Below are positions 49,665 through 59,309 of a stretch of DNA of 64,000 bases, one piece after another. The stretch's first letter is position 1, and every line of letters starts with the position of its first letter. The DNA lies in IMG/VR virus record IMGVR_UViG_3300035034_003571, positions 67,160 through 131,159 of that record; one strand, given 5' to 3'. The stretch is from a virus. The notes beneath the pieces were generated by a model, which had not been told where the DNA came from, ran no database searches, and saw only the letters and a list, made by a program, of their open reading frames with translations. The position numbers and the translations under genes were made by a program.

Positions 49665-51253
49665 TATTTATCTTCTTTATTATCACCTTCTTCATCACCC
49701 CTTTCGTCTTCTTCATCCTTCTTTTTCTTTTCATCAGCAGCTCTTTTCTTAGCTTCTTCATTGGACTTTATATCTTCATTATTTAAGCCCAGATATTTTT
49801 CTATTAAATATCCAGTAGAAAAGAAGGGTTCATTTTCAGAAATGTTTATTTCCATTAATCCATTAATTGATTCCAATTTATTATTCATGGTTTCAATTTC
49901 CTGATTTACCCTAAATGGATTATCAGAAAAATATTGTAAACCCAATTGACTTTTAAATTGATAGTCAGTTGCAAGAGCTGGGATTTCTTTACACATCTGA
50001 ATCCATATGGGCTTTATCAAAATGCTTTGGAAATTAGATCTCAATCTATTTATAAATTTATCAAATCTAATTTCTTCTCTATCCATCCCATCAGCACCAT
50101 CAGAATAATTCCCCTGTGTTCCACCTTCAGGTCCTTGGAATCTGGAAGAAGGAACTTTAGATTCCTGAATTAGTTTATCATAAAAATATGCTAAAGGTTG
50201 CATATCATTAAGGTCTGGCCCCGCAGTATCCAAAGGTTCTATACTAGGAGTACCATTTACTCCCGAAGGAATCAGATAATTCTTATAGAATTGTATTTTA
50301 GGTCTCCCGTCCATCGTTAGCTCCCCGCTTTCGTCATTGAATTTAATATCTTCCTTATAGATACTCATTAATTCTCCCAAAGTTTGCATAGATTTTTGAG
50401 GAGACTTAGTACCTATAGGAACAGTCATTTTCATTCTAAATGAAGAATTCATAACAGACCATATGATCCTAGTATATTCAATAATTCTTAGTACGTTATA
50501 TGGTCTTATTAGTCTCTCTGCATAACTTACTCTGGAAATAGAATTTCCCTTCGCATAAGAAATATAGATTATTTGAGAATCATAAAGGGTTCTTCTTTTT
50601 CTTTCGTCGTCGGGATACTGTATCCAGATAGGAATGAACGAGCCATCTTTCTGTTCTTCCACACTTGGTAAAATACTACTAGAATTAAGTTCTTTAAAAC
50701 CTATAATTTTTTTCCCGTCGTCATCATAAATAATTTCGAATGCAAGTACTCCCTCTATTATTAATTGGCGGAAAAAATGCCAAGCAGTACCATCCTCATT
50801 AAATCCCCACAGAGAATAAATACTCTTGAATACTTTATCTAATTTATCTTTAACCTTTTCATTAGCATTTGAAAGATTCAAAAAGTTAGGAGTAGCAAAA
50901 AAATTGGAGGGGTCAGTATTGATTGCTTCGTCGCAAACTAAATCTAATATAAATTCAATCTCAGGATTTAACGAAAATTTCCTAAGGTAGTCTTTCTTTC
51001 CCTCATATCCCTTATCAAAATAGGTAACATATTCTCTAGTGGTTGTATCCTGTCTACCTAAAGAATATAATAAAGCTTCATCGCTTATAGGACCATTTTG
51101 TAGAAAAACAGCTTCAGTGGCACCTACTGCCTGAGAATTCTTAATGACTAAGTCATTATATCTCATACCAAAAGTACTTAATCCCTTAACAGAATCTTTT
51201 ATTCTATTAAATAGATTATTACTACTAGGTTCATTATCTAAAAATCCCGCCAT
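49664..51253 (-). CDS. Portal protein (T4 gp20-like), copy 1
   Basis: SYAERLIRPYNVLRIIE, SKVPSSRF and REEIRFDKFINRLR. Confidence 0.9.
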   Translation of the reverse strand: MAGFLDNEPSSNNLFNRIKDSVKGLSTFGMRYNDLVIKNSQAVGATEAVFLQNGPISDEALLYSLGRQDTTTREYVTYFDKGYEGKKDYLRKFSLNPEIEFILDLVCDEAINTDPSNFFATPNFLNLSNANEKVKDKLDKVFKSIYSLWGFNEDGTAWHFFRQLIIEGVLAFEIIYDDDGKKIIGFKELNSSSILPSVEEQKDGSFIPIWIQYPDDERKRRTLYDSQIIYISYAKGNSISRVSYAERLIRPYNVLRIIEYTRIIWSVMNSSFRMKMTVPIGTKSPQKSMQTLGELMSIYKEDIKFNDESGELTMDGRPKIQFYKNYLIPSGVNGTPSIEPLDTAGPDLNDMQPLAYFYDKLIQESKVPSSRFQGPEGGTQGNYSDGADGMDREEIRFDKFINRLRSNFQSILIKPIWIQMCKEIPALATDYQFKSQLGLQYFSDNPFRVNQEIETMNNKLESINGLMEINISENEPFFSTGYLIEKYLGLNNEDIKSNEEAKKRAADEKKKKDEEDERGDEEGDNKEDK

Positions 51254-51269
51254 TAATTGTTATTTTATA

Positions 51270-51896
51270 TTATACCCGAGGATCAGCTTTTAATTTCATT
51301 TGATATTTCTTATATATCTCAGAAATTCTTAAACCAATAACAGAGTCGAGATTTATATATGGAATAGCTTCCCAATCTGAGTAATCTATTACTTCAATAT
51401 TTCTAAAGAATTTTCTTTTAAATCCTGTATATGAAACCGAATATCCCGTTCCCCCTAATAGTTTTTTAATAGTTTTAGGTCTAAGATCCAAAGGTATTTG
51501 ATTTGATGTTATTTGGTTTGAGTTTTTATCTATAACCTCTTGGTAGTATTCAAAAACTTTTTTTAGAATTTCCGCCCTATATAAATGCGGAGTTACTATA
51601 AAATCTATAAAAAATTCTATCTTAGTCCCATCTTTTAATTTTTTCCCAGCTCCACAGTACAAGCCCAAAGGCATATGGTTAATATATTCTATTTTGTTAC
51701 TTAATTTTGAGTCAGTAAAATAGTCGAAAATATATACTTTACCAGGAATTAGATTACCATTAAATGTTTCTTTAGGAGCTTCTGATTTACCTCTAGAATA
51801 TTTTTTTCTAAAAAGGTTCTCAGTATTTTTCATAACTTTTTCTACAGATCTTCCATTTTCTAGTTTATATTCCAGAATTCTATCATCAAAATTCAT
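51270..51896 (-). CDS. Putative DNA end protector (T4 gp2-like)
   Basis: IPGKVYIFDY...YINHMPL; adjacent to gp4 as in T4-like phages. Confidence 0.55.
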   Translation of the reverse strand: MNFDDRILEYKLENGRSVEKVMKNTENLFRKKYSRGKSEAPKETFNGNLIPGKVYIFDYFTDSKLSNKIEYINHMPLGLYCGAGKKLKDGTKIEFFIDFIVTPHLYRAEILKKVFEYYQEVIDKNSNQITSNQIPLDLRPKTIKKLLGGTGYSVSYTGFKRKFFRNIEVIDYSDWEAIPYINLDSVIGLRISEIYKKYQMKLKADPRV

Positions 51897-52375
51897 TTTC
51901 CTCTAAATAAGAAATTTTCATCCACTACCTTAAATTTAAATCCTCTCTTACCTGCCCACTCTATCGCAGCTTTGAATTTAGCTTGGTTTGTGATGTATAC
52001 CTGCATTCTATGATTATAAGCCTTCAGCTTTTTTTCCGTTTTTGCTCCCTCAAAAACTGGTTTTTCTACTTGCCTCTCGGGTTTTACTTCTAAAATCCAT
52101 TCTTCGGTATCCCCGTCTCCCTTATCAGACTTAACATAAAAGTCAACATAATATTTATGAATTTTTTTATCCAGTGGATTATAATAATCTATAGGCATTG
52201 GTTCCGAAGCCCATTTTAATATAGATTCGTTTAAATCACAATAAGAACAAAATCTATATTCCCAAGAAGATCTACAAATTATATTGTGAATATCGCCTAT
52301 GTATTTTTCAGGATTTGTAGGTTCGTATTTACCAGATCTGAAATTCCCATTGGGCTTTATTTTTTTAATAGACAT
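51893..52375 (-). CDS. Head completion nuclease (T4 gp4-like)
   Basis: NPEKYIGD, RSSWE, WASE, YYVDF, EVKP and NQAK. Confidence 0.9.
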   Translation of the reverse strand: MSIKKIKPNGNFRSGKYEPTNPEKYIGDIHNIICRSSWEYRFCSYCDLNESILKWASEPMPIDYYNPLDKKIHKYYVDFYVKSDKGDGDTEEWILEVKPERQVEKPVFEGAKTEKKLKAYNHRMQVYITNQAKFKAAIEWAGKRGFKFKVVDENFLFRGK

Positions 52376-52378
52376 TAC

Positions 52379-52735
52379 CTATATATTATAATTTCCAGAA
52401 TCTCCTGTTATATGGCTAAATGGAATAGTGTTAGGGCTTTTTGGTGGATGTATTTTTTTCCATCCTTTAGCAAATCCGTTTTTACCTATTTGAGTAAAAT
52501 AAGCGAATGGGTTATTAGATTTTTCCGGATTGAATCTATTCCAATATTTTATAAGGTCCTCCATAGCTGAAGCCATGCAATCGTTTCTATCGTCTGGATT
52601 TTTATAAGCCATTCTTTTTGCTATACCCTCTATCATTAAGGTAAACATATCAATCATTTCTCGAGTAAGTTCTCCAGCTTCTTTAGATTCTTTAAATGCT
52701 CTCATTAAATCTACATTTCTAACATAATTAGCCAT
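52379..52735 (-). CDS. Late-transcription sigma factor (T4 gp55-like)
   Basis: NYVRN..L and FNPEKSNNPFAYFTQI. Confidence 0.85.
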   Translation of the reverse strand: MANYVRNVDLMRAFKESKEAGELTREMIDMFTLMIEGIAKRMAYKNPDDRNDCMASAMEDLIKYWNRFNPEKSNNPFAYFTQIGKNGFAKGWKKIHPPKSPNTIPFSHITGDSGNYNI

Positions 52736-52795
52736 ATTTAAATTTATTTTACTTTATATATTTTAGTCCAGGATTCGCTAATAGTTCCCAAACAA

Positions 52796-52825
52796 AAAAG
52801 GTCTACTTTATTAGGTAGACCTTTT
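52796..52825 (-). terminator. Rho-independent terminator
   Basis: AAAAGGTCTAC-loop-GTAGACCTTTT inverted repeat flanked by T-tracts. Confidence 0.8.
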
Positions 52826-52841
52826 ATTGATATATTTATAT

Positions 52842-54956
52842 TTATACTTTTTCTTCTTCGGAATCTAATTCACCTTCAGTCTCTTCCGAAGGAGTTTCTT
52901 CGCTACCTTCAGCTTCTTCTCCTGAAGTTTCTTCGCTACCTTCAGTTTCTTCACCTGGAGTCTTACTTAAAGCTTCTTCCAAATCAACAATTTCGTCTAT
53001 TTTATATTCTCCAGTTTGCCCGTTATCATGAAGAACTGTATAACTACCAGATGAACCATCTATAGATATAACTTTACCAGTATCTCCAGATTCTTTAATT
53101 TTAACAAGACTTCCTATATTAAATTTTTCATCTTCGGTAATACTCTCTATAGAAGAATAATCAATAGAATCGAATTTTTCTATTTCAGAATTAATAGTAG
53201 CCCATTTTTCTTTTAACTTAGAAATATTATTTTCCAACATTTCTTTAGCTTTTTTTATTTCTTCTGAATCAGATAGTTTAGAATTTATTCCAATAGCATT
53301 ATTTATTTTAGCTAATTCATTCTCTACAACTTTAAGGTTTTCTAATACTTTAGTTCTGTCATTTACCATAACAGATTTAATCTTATCTTCACCTTCTAAA
53401 TATTCAGTAAGACCTTCAGAAATGTCATAATTCAGATATTCTTTAACAAATTTAACAGCTTGCCTTCCATTAGAGGGATATAAGGAATTTTCATTCATAG
53501 AAGGGTTTACTTTATTTACATAAATTTTTCCTTCCCATTTAATTAGATTTACTTCCGCTCCTTCATATAATTTAGATCTTACACTTTTTATAAAATCTAA
53601 TTCAACAATACTGTCAAAATTTTCATAAAGCCTTATTATATCATATACTGATTTAGATCCATTAGATCCAAGAACTCCAGAAAATTTAGATTCTAATAAC
53701 TTAGCTAACATATTCTTATTATCAAAGCTTAATTTAGAGGTGTTTACATAAACAAAGTTAGAATCATTTTCGTTTACTATAGAGATCTTATCTTTTCCTA
53801 CGTAATAGATTATACCTTTTTCGTTAATCCTTAGGTTTTTACTAGAAAATGCTTCGTTTAAAGACTTGAAATTGTTATCTATACTTTCTTCATTAATAGT
53901 AACCACCCCTTCAGTATTTGCTCTGAAGTATTTTCCACCTATAGAAAAATATGTATTATTCTCAGAAAGGAATATGGGAGAGTAAACTTTAGCTACAAAT
54001 GATTCTCCTTGCTGTGAAGGTATATTTAAAGATCCCGTTTCTTTAGATTCCATTTCATTTAATTTATTTATTAAGTTTCCGATTATCGGATTGAATGACC
54101 AGGTTCTAAGGTTTTTAGATAAAAGTTTATTTGAGTTAGATCCTTCCTGTAACCATTCGTTCATAATATTAGCAGCTTCAGCATAGAATTTCCATCCTGC
54201 ACTTCTCTTAATGGAAAAAATTGCTTTCTCCACTTCCACTTCTGCTAGGCTTTCTTTTAAAACCTTAGATAGTGACTCTTTTTCTTTCTTAACTACATCA
54301 TCCCATTCAAAATTGCCTAATTCATTTACAAAATTTTCTACAATTATAGATTCTGGTAAATTATGAGATTTCATAAGGTTACTGTATTTACCAATTAAAA
54401 CCTTAAAAGATGAATGCTCAAAGATAGAAGAATTAGATAGTTTGGATATAGCTTTAGTAACTCCTAATGGTTTATAAGATGCTCTAGCTTTTTCCGTCTC
54501 GTCTACGCTTTCCATCTCTTTTTTTGAATTCTTTTCTATTGCGATTTCAATTAGATCTTCATCCGAATATTTAGCCAAAGCTTCTTCCCCAGCTTCTTCT
54601 TCTTCGTCGAAAATAAAACCTAATAGATCTTCTCTGGACATTTCATAGAATTTATCATCTCCTGATGCTTCTACAACTTCTTCAGACTTATCAGAATAAG
54701 ATCCGCTATTTTTACTTGAAAATCTTCCAGAATCCCAGCTTTCCATTAATTTAGAAGCTGCTTCTTTAGAAGATTCCATTTCTTTTTTACGGAACTGTTC
54801 CGGTAAATTTTTTGAAGATTTTAAGCTTTCCGTAAGTTCTTCCTCTGTAATTTCTTTTCCTGACTTTACCTCAGATAGGTAATGCTCAAGTATTTTTTTG
54901 TCACTCCCCGATTGTGTCGAGGTTAACATTTCTTCTATCTTATTAGCTAAGTCCAT
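52842..54956 (-). CDS. Large late protein with a C-terminal KOW/SH3-like domain and acidic tail
   Basis: FNIGSLVKIKESGDTGKVI; EETEGSEET repeats; several xxES sites; late promoter motif upstream. Confidence 0.55.
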   Translation of the reverse strand: MDLANKIEEMLTSTQSGSDKKILEHYLSEVKSGKEITEEELTESLKSSKNLPEQFRKKEMESSKEAASKLMESWDSGRFSSKNSGSYSDKSEEVVEASGDDKFYEMSREDLLGFIFDEEEEAGEEALAKYSDEDLIEIAIEKNSKKEMESVDETEKARASYKPLGVTKAISKLSNSSIFEHSSFKVLIGKYSNLMKSHNLPESIIVENFVNELGNFEWDDVVKKEKESLSKVLKESLAEVEVEKAIFSIKRSAGWKFYAEAANIMNEWLQEGSNSNKLLSKNLRTWSFNPIIGNLINKLNEMESKETGSLNIPSQQGESFVAKVYSPIFLSENNTYFSIGGKYFRANTEGVVTINEESIDNNFKSLNEAFSSKNLRINEKGIIYYVGKDKISIVNENDSNFVYVNTSKLSFDNKNMLAKLLESKFSGVLGSNGSKSVYDIIRLYENFDSIVELDFIKSVRSKLYEGAEVNLIKWEGKIYVNKVNPSMNENSLYPSNGRQAVKFVKEYLNYDISEGLTEYLEGEDKIKSVMVNDRTKVLENLKVVENELAKINNAIGINSKLSDSEEIKKAKEMLENNISKLKEKWATINSEIEKFDSIDYSSIESITEDEKFNIGSLVKIKESGDTGKVISIDGSSGSYTVLHDNGQTGEYKIDEIVDLEEALSKTPGEETEGSEETSGEEAEGSEETPSEETEGELDSEEEKV

Positions 54957-55037
54957 TAATTTTAAGTTTTTTTATCTTAAGTATATATCCCATGGGTTTG
55001 GGAAACCTTTCTGTTCTATATATTCAACATTATTTTA

Positions 55038-55493
55038 TTATCTTGCGATTAATATTTCTATTTCAACTATTAATTCGCTATGCGGGTTTTCTATAACTAT
55101 ACCACTATCATAAGAAAGATCCCATCCCACCGTTGGGTTGGAGTCAGAATCTATTCTATCTCCGCTAAGTATCATTAATTCACCAATAGGGTTAGTATTT
55201 CCTTCATATGTCCAATTAAGGTATTTTTCTACGGTAGTGGTACCTTCTGGATATTTTACAGTAAATGCAATAAATCTTACATACCCGTCTGCATCTCCAA
55301 CGTCGCTCTGAGCTAAAAGTAAAGATTTTCCTGGACCTAATTTATACTTAGTTTTAGCATAACTAGAGATTTCCATATTAAATAAACTCAGATCGAAAAT
55401 CTGTGAGGTTGGAGACTCTTTAATAAGGTCAGTTCCATCAAATATAAATCCGTCTCCATCATCAGGTGGACAAAAAATAGGTTCGGTAGCCAT
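55038..55493 (-). CDS. Hypothetical beta-rich protein, paralogue of 55493..56086
   Basis: Shares LxWxY, G(E/D)xxxLSG and NP...IxA motifs with its neighbour. Confidence 0.55.
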   Translation of the reverse strand: MATEPIFCPPDDGDGFIFDGTDLIKESPTSQIFDLSLFNMEISSYAKTKYKLGPGKSLLLAQSDVGDADGYVRFIAFTVKYPEGTTTVEKYLNWTYEGNTNPIGELMILSGDRIDSDSNPTVGWDLSYDSGIVIENPHSELIVEIEILIAR

Positions 55494-56086
55494 TAGTTTG
55501 CAGTTATTATTTTTAGTCTTACTACATTCTCATTTGGATTTGTAAAATAAAAACCTTTAGAATTCCATGCATTTCCAGTAGCTCCTTCCTTTATAGCCCC
55601 ACTGAGGCAAAGGAAATCCCCCATAACATAATTTTGAAAATCGTTATCGTCTGCTCCAGAAGGTCCATAACTCCAATATAAAGACCTTTGGTTATCAGGA
55701 GCTTCTGGTAAATATTCAGCATAGCCAAATAAAAATCCTATTCTATCGTTAGTTTCTTCGAAGTATCCAGGATCGAAATAAAAACAGGATTCGGGTTTGA
55801 TAGCAAAGGTTTGGTTTTGGAATCCCGAAAAAGATTGTATGGGATGAAAAAAATCACCCAGATTTATACTTTCCTCTACGTATTTTTTCCAAACAACATT
55901 GAAAGAATCATGAAAAAATCTAATTCTTCTAGGTTCATTATAATCACAAAAAGTTAGCTGTACTCTAGGTATGTCCTTTTTGCTTTTTGCTATTATGGTA
56001 TATTCGGTTTCGAATAAATCTCCACTAGCCCCAGGAGGAATCGGTCCTGTAGCATATCCTCCTGATATATTTGGTAAACCCGCCAT
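55493..56086 (-). CDS. Hypothetical beta-rich protein, paralogue of 55038..55493
   Basis: LYWSYG...MGDFLCLSG...TNPN. Confidence 0.55.
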   Translation of the reverse strand: MAGLPNISGGYATGPIPPGASGDLFETEYTIIAKSKKDIPRVQLTFCDYNEPRRIRFFHDSFNVVWKKYVEESINLGDFFHPIQSFSGFQNQTFAIKPESCFYFDPGYFEETNDRIGFLFGYAEYLPEAPDNQRSLYWSYGPSGADDNDFQNYVMGDFLCLSGAIKEGATGNAWNSKGFYFTNPNENVVRLKIITAN

Positions 56087-56090
56087 TAAT

Positions 56091-56858
56091 TTATTCTAAA
56101 TTTTCTGGATATCTTTTAATAATATCCTTTTTTTCTTCGATCTTATTGGAGTTAACGTTTGGGATCCCTGAATAATGTTCAGAGCTTAACATTCTCCCCT
56201 TTGTTTCTATACTTTCTTGAGTAGAACTATTACCTCCATCTACTTCTAATATCGGGGTTTCCTGTTCTTTTTTCACTCCGATAGTCTCTTCAAGATCAAA
56301 TTCTTTCTCGTCTTCTGATTCAATAAGATCCTCATATTTATCTTCGTCTTCCTCTATTTCAGAGACAATATTTTCATTCTCTTTTATTTCTAAAATTTTC
56401 TCGTCTTCTTCATCTATATCATGACCCTCAGGTTTTATATAATCTACTAAGCTTTTAATAAATCCTAAAGCTACTAAAGGAAGTATAGCTCCACTAATTA
56501 TGGATAAAACCCTTTTTTGGTATATGACCTCTTCATCAACTAGATCAAATAATTCTACCCACCCCGAAAAATTTTCTAAATTTGTAAAGGCGTAATAAGT
56601 ATTACCCATAGCTTGCATTAATGTTAATACTATAAATAACATCCAGACTAGTCCTTGATTCATCTTTTTTAAAGCTATAATAGATGCCAATGATGCTGCT
56701 GCTCCAACCTCAAATGCTATAGCTAAAGATATTGCCAACCATTCGGGATTAGATAATCTAAAAAATTCAATTACGTGAATGGTCGATATGAGGGATACCA
56801 TAAGATATAGCGTTACAAAAGTACTTACTATAAACCCAGAAACTATTTTATTTTTCAT
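56091..56858 (-). CDS. Four-TM membrane protein with an acidic tail
   Basis: Four hydrophobic segments in the first ~140 aa. Confidence 0.6.
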   Translation of the reverse strand: MKNKIVSGFIVSTFVTLYLMVSLISTIHVIEFFRLSNPEWLAISLAIAFEVGAAASLASIIALKKMNQGLVWMLFIVLTLMQAMGNTYYAFTNLENFSGWVELFDLVDEEVIYQKRVLSIISGAILPLVALGFIKSLVDYIKPEGHDIDEEDEKILEIKENENIVSEIEEDEDKYEDLIESEDEKEFDLEETIGVKKEQETPILEVDGGNSSTQESIETKGRMLSSEHYSGIPNVNSNKIEEKKDIIKRYPENLE

Positions 56859-57156
56859 TTTTGTCTATTTTAGTTCTAATATCAGACAAAGAAATCTTAC
56901 CCTTATCCAAATCGTCTTCAAATATTAAATATTGAAACATTACCTGCTCCATCTCCTTCTCTACTTCCTCCCTGGTAATTATATCTATATTCTTTATTTC
57001 CTTGTGTGTACTGTCGGTATATGCTGAGATTTTTTTAGTATCTTTTTGGATTTTATCCATATCTCTGCTCATTCCGCACTGTTTTAAAAAAAGTAGAGCT
57101 AATAATGAAATAATTACTATCCAACTGTACTCCTTTATTTTTTCTAATGTTTTCAT
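56848..57156 (-). CDS. Membrane-anchored protein
   Basis: N-terminal TM WIVIISLLALLFLKQCG; late promoter motif upstream. Confidence 0.55.
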   Translation of the reverse strand: MKTLEKIKEYSWIVIISLLALLFLKQCGMSRDMDKIQKDTKKISAYTDSTHKEIKNIDIITREEVEKEMEQVMFQYLIFEDDLDKGKISLSDIRTKIDKNEK

Positions 57157-57205
57157 AATTTTTATCTATAATTATATTAAGTATATATCTAAATTAAATT
57201 TACAC

Positions 57206-57232
57206 AAAAAAACACCCCAATGGGGTGTTTTT
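57206..57232 (-). terminator. Rho-independent terminator
   Basis: AAAAACACCCCA-A-TGGGGTGTTTTT inverted repeat. Confidence 0.8.
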
Positions 57233-57246
57233 ATAGAATTTAATAT

Positions 57247-57456
57247 TTACTTCCCTATCTTTTCTTCTAATTCCTCACAGTTTTCTGAAAGTTCCGATTG
57301 AAGCTCATATAGAGAACTAATGTCATCTTCCAAAATCATAACTGTTCTACTTAAAGATCTTATTTTTTTGAATAACCAAAAGCCAGACCATATTATACTA
57401 ATAAAGAAAAAAATAAGAAATACTACATTCAAGGTTAATGAAAAACTATAAATCAT
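57247..57456 (-). CDS. Small membrane protein with a coiled-coil tail
   Basis: One TM segment followed by a heptad-like tail. Confidence 0.5.
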   Translation of the reverse strand: MIYSFSLTLNVVFLIFFFISIIWSGFWLFKKIRSLSRTVMILEDDISSLYELQSELSENCEELEEKIGK

Positions 57457-57457
57457 A

Positions 57458-57961
57458 TTATTCAGTTTTTAATCCCTGTTGTAATCCAGCAAGTTCATTT
57501 TCCAAAGCTTTTAGTTGTCTAACATCTTCGGTAGATCTTTCTAATGCCTCATCTAAAACTTTTAAAAGCTCAACATGCTCCTTAGCCTCTTCCAATCCAT
57601 TCCCTGTAGTTTTTGAAACGAAATAGTGGGTAGCTTGCAACGGTAAAGATTCCATATAAACAAATCCGTCCTTAATTCCAGATTTCCTAGTTTCCTCAAG
57701 TGTTTTATTTACCTCAATAACTCCCAATGCTTCCTTATTTGCCCACGCAACCTTATTGTTTATGAAATCCTCTAGCCTTTCTAAAAGAGGTCCAGTCATT
57801 CTTACTGAATACACCTTACCTTTCATTTCCTCTGTCTTATCAAGGATTCTTTCCTCTGTGATCTTAATAGCTTCTTGATCTAATTCTGGTAGATTATCTC
57901 CGACAGAATTAATATCTATAGCTTCTACGTCTTTCTCTTTTGTTTTGTTTGCCTTTGCCAT
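57458..57961 (-). CDS. Hypothetical protein
   Basis: 167 aa; GAAAC-N16-CTATAA upstream. Confidence 0.55.
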   Translation of the reverse strand: MAKANKTKEKDVEAIDINSVGDNLPELDQEAIKITEERILDKTEEMKGKVYSVRMTGPLLERLEDFINNKVAWANKEALGVIEVNKTLEETRKSGIKDGFVYMESLPLQATHYFVSKTTGNGLEEAKEHVELLKVLDEALERSTEDVRQLKALENELAGLQQGLKTE

Positions 57962-57982
57962 TTAATTTCTTTGTTATTTTAA

Positions 57983-58009
57983 TTATAGCAAGTATATATT
58001 GAAAGTTTC
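57983..58009 (-). promoter_or_regulatory. Putative ECF-type middle promoter GAAAC-N16-CTATAA
   Basis: Upstream of 57458..57961. Confidence 0.6.
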
Positions 58010-58019
58010 ATTTAAAAAT

Positions 58020-58826
58020 TTACCTGTTATGATCCAAATATATCTTGAGTGGTTCTCTCAGATCTTTAACAGGATATAATTTGGCAGGACCTTCTGGACC
58101 TATATGGCATAGAAACCCGCTATGGGTTTCTATGCCAATTTCTTCCAGGATAAGCCGATATAAACTTATTTGAATAGAATATTCATTATGGCTATTAGCA
58201 TAAAGATTAGAGAAAGGTCTAAATAATTTTTGATACCTTCCCTTAGGGTGATTATCATCTTTAAATTCCTTATTGGTCTTCCAGTCACCAATAACTAATA
58301 ATACCTTTTGTAGTTTTTCGTCCCAAAATAATAGAGGTTGATCCACAGTACCTGCCAATCTCCATTTTTTAGAAAAAAGTTTAAGCTCTGGTTTTAGTGG
58401 AACAAATCTATTTAATTTCTGAGAATATACTTCCAGAAATTTCATACATCTTTTTTTAACCTCGTCATTAGGGGATGAATAATGATCCGGGATATTTCCT
58501 GTTCCCCAAGAAAGCCAAAAATTTTCTATCCACTCATGAACAGCAGTACCGAGTACATTTGCAACATCGCCTTTAAGTTTCCATTCCGCTAAAATTTCAC
58601 TTTCTGAAATCCCTCTTTCTTTAGCTTTTCTTTTAGCCCAGTATTCTGATTCAAACTCTTTTTTAAAAACTTTTATAAAAGTAGTAACTGAATCAAACTT
58701 AATTTCCTCGTAAGTATAGACATGTTCCTCCTCTTCGAAGGTAAAAAGAGGATCATCAAAGTATTTTAATTTTTCCTCAATTTCCAACTTTTTCTTAATC
58801 AATATATCGGGAAATGACTCTATCAA
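58020..58826 (-). CDS. PD-(D/E)XK exonuclease (RecB/Cas4-like fold)
   Basis: SVTT, GTAVH, PE, AGTVD, IGDWKT and YSIQISLY. Confidence 0.8.
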   Translation of the reverse strand: MIESFPDILIKKKLEIEEKLKYFDDPLFTFEEEEHVYTYEEIKFDSVTTFIKVFKKEFESEYWAKRKAKERGISESEILAEWKLKGDVANVLGTAVHEWIENFWLSWGTGNIPDHYSSPNDEVKKRCMKFLEVYSQKLNRFVPLKPELKLFSKKWRLAGTVDQPLLFWDEKLQKVLLVIGDWKTNKEFKDDNHPKGRYQKLFRPFSNLYANSHNEYSIQISLYRLILEEIGIETHSGFLCHIGPEGPAKLYPVKDLREPLKIYLDHNR

Positions 58827-59296
58827 AGGAGTGGGGTAATTTTTTCTACCAAAATATGGTAATATTCAACTATGAAAGAATATATTTTTTCCCATTTAAA
58901 GATCCCATATGTTAACAAAGAAATTATAACCAACAACCTAAATAGATATAATAGGGTTAGTTCCCTGAATAAAAAGAACCAATATACCAAATATGAATCT
59001 GTTCCCTTAATAGGTTCCATCCCCACTGTGGTAACTTCACTAAGATTAAGATCTATTCCTAAATAGTCGTTAATTGGAGAAATCTCCTCCATTACATAAG
59101 CTGGTCTTCCCTCTACAGGGAAATCAGAAGATTTCGTTATCTCTGGTGGTAAGTTAATAACCGTATAAATCCTATTAATCCAATCAACCCTCAACCTAAA
59201 TTTTGACCACTTAGGAGAATCTGTAGATTCTTTTTTAACTATTTTCTTGTAAGTTATATAGTTTCTAATCTCTTTAATCAACCTTATAATTCTCAT
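58823..59296 (-). CDS. Hypothetical membrane protein
   Basis: LRVDWINRIYTVINLP; C-terminal TM segment. Confidence 0.55.
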   Translation of the reverse strand: MRIIRLIKEIRNYITYKKIVKKESTDSPKWSKFRLRVDWINRIYTVINLPPEITKSSDFPVEGRPAYVMEEISPINDYLGIDLNLSEVTTVGMEPIKGTDSYLVYWFFLFRELTLLYLFRLLVIISLLTYGIFKWEKIYSFIVEYYHILVEKITPLL

Positions 59297-59309
59297 TATA
59301 TTTTATTTA

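Noticed and set aside
52855-52960. 33-bp repeat encoding EETEGSEET
   Set aside because: Short low-complexity acidic tail; not evidence of a distinct element.
58020-58826. Cas4 / CRISPR adaptation gene
   Set aside because: It lacks the four-Cys Fe-S cluster pattern and has no cas neighbours or array; a generic phage PD-(D/E)XK exonuclease fits better.
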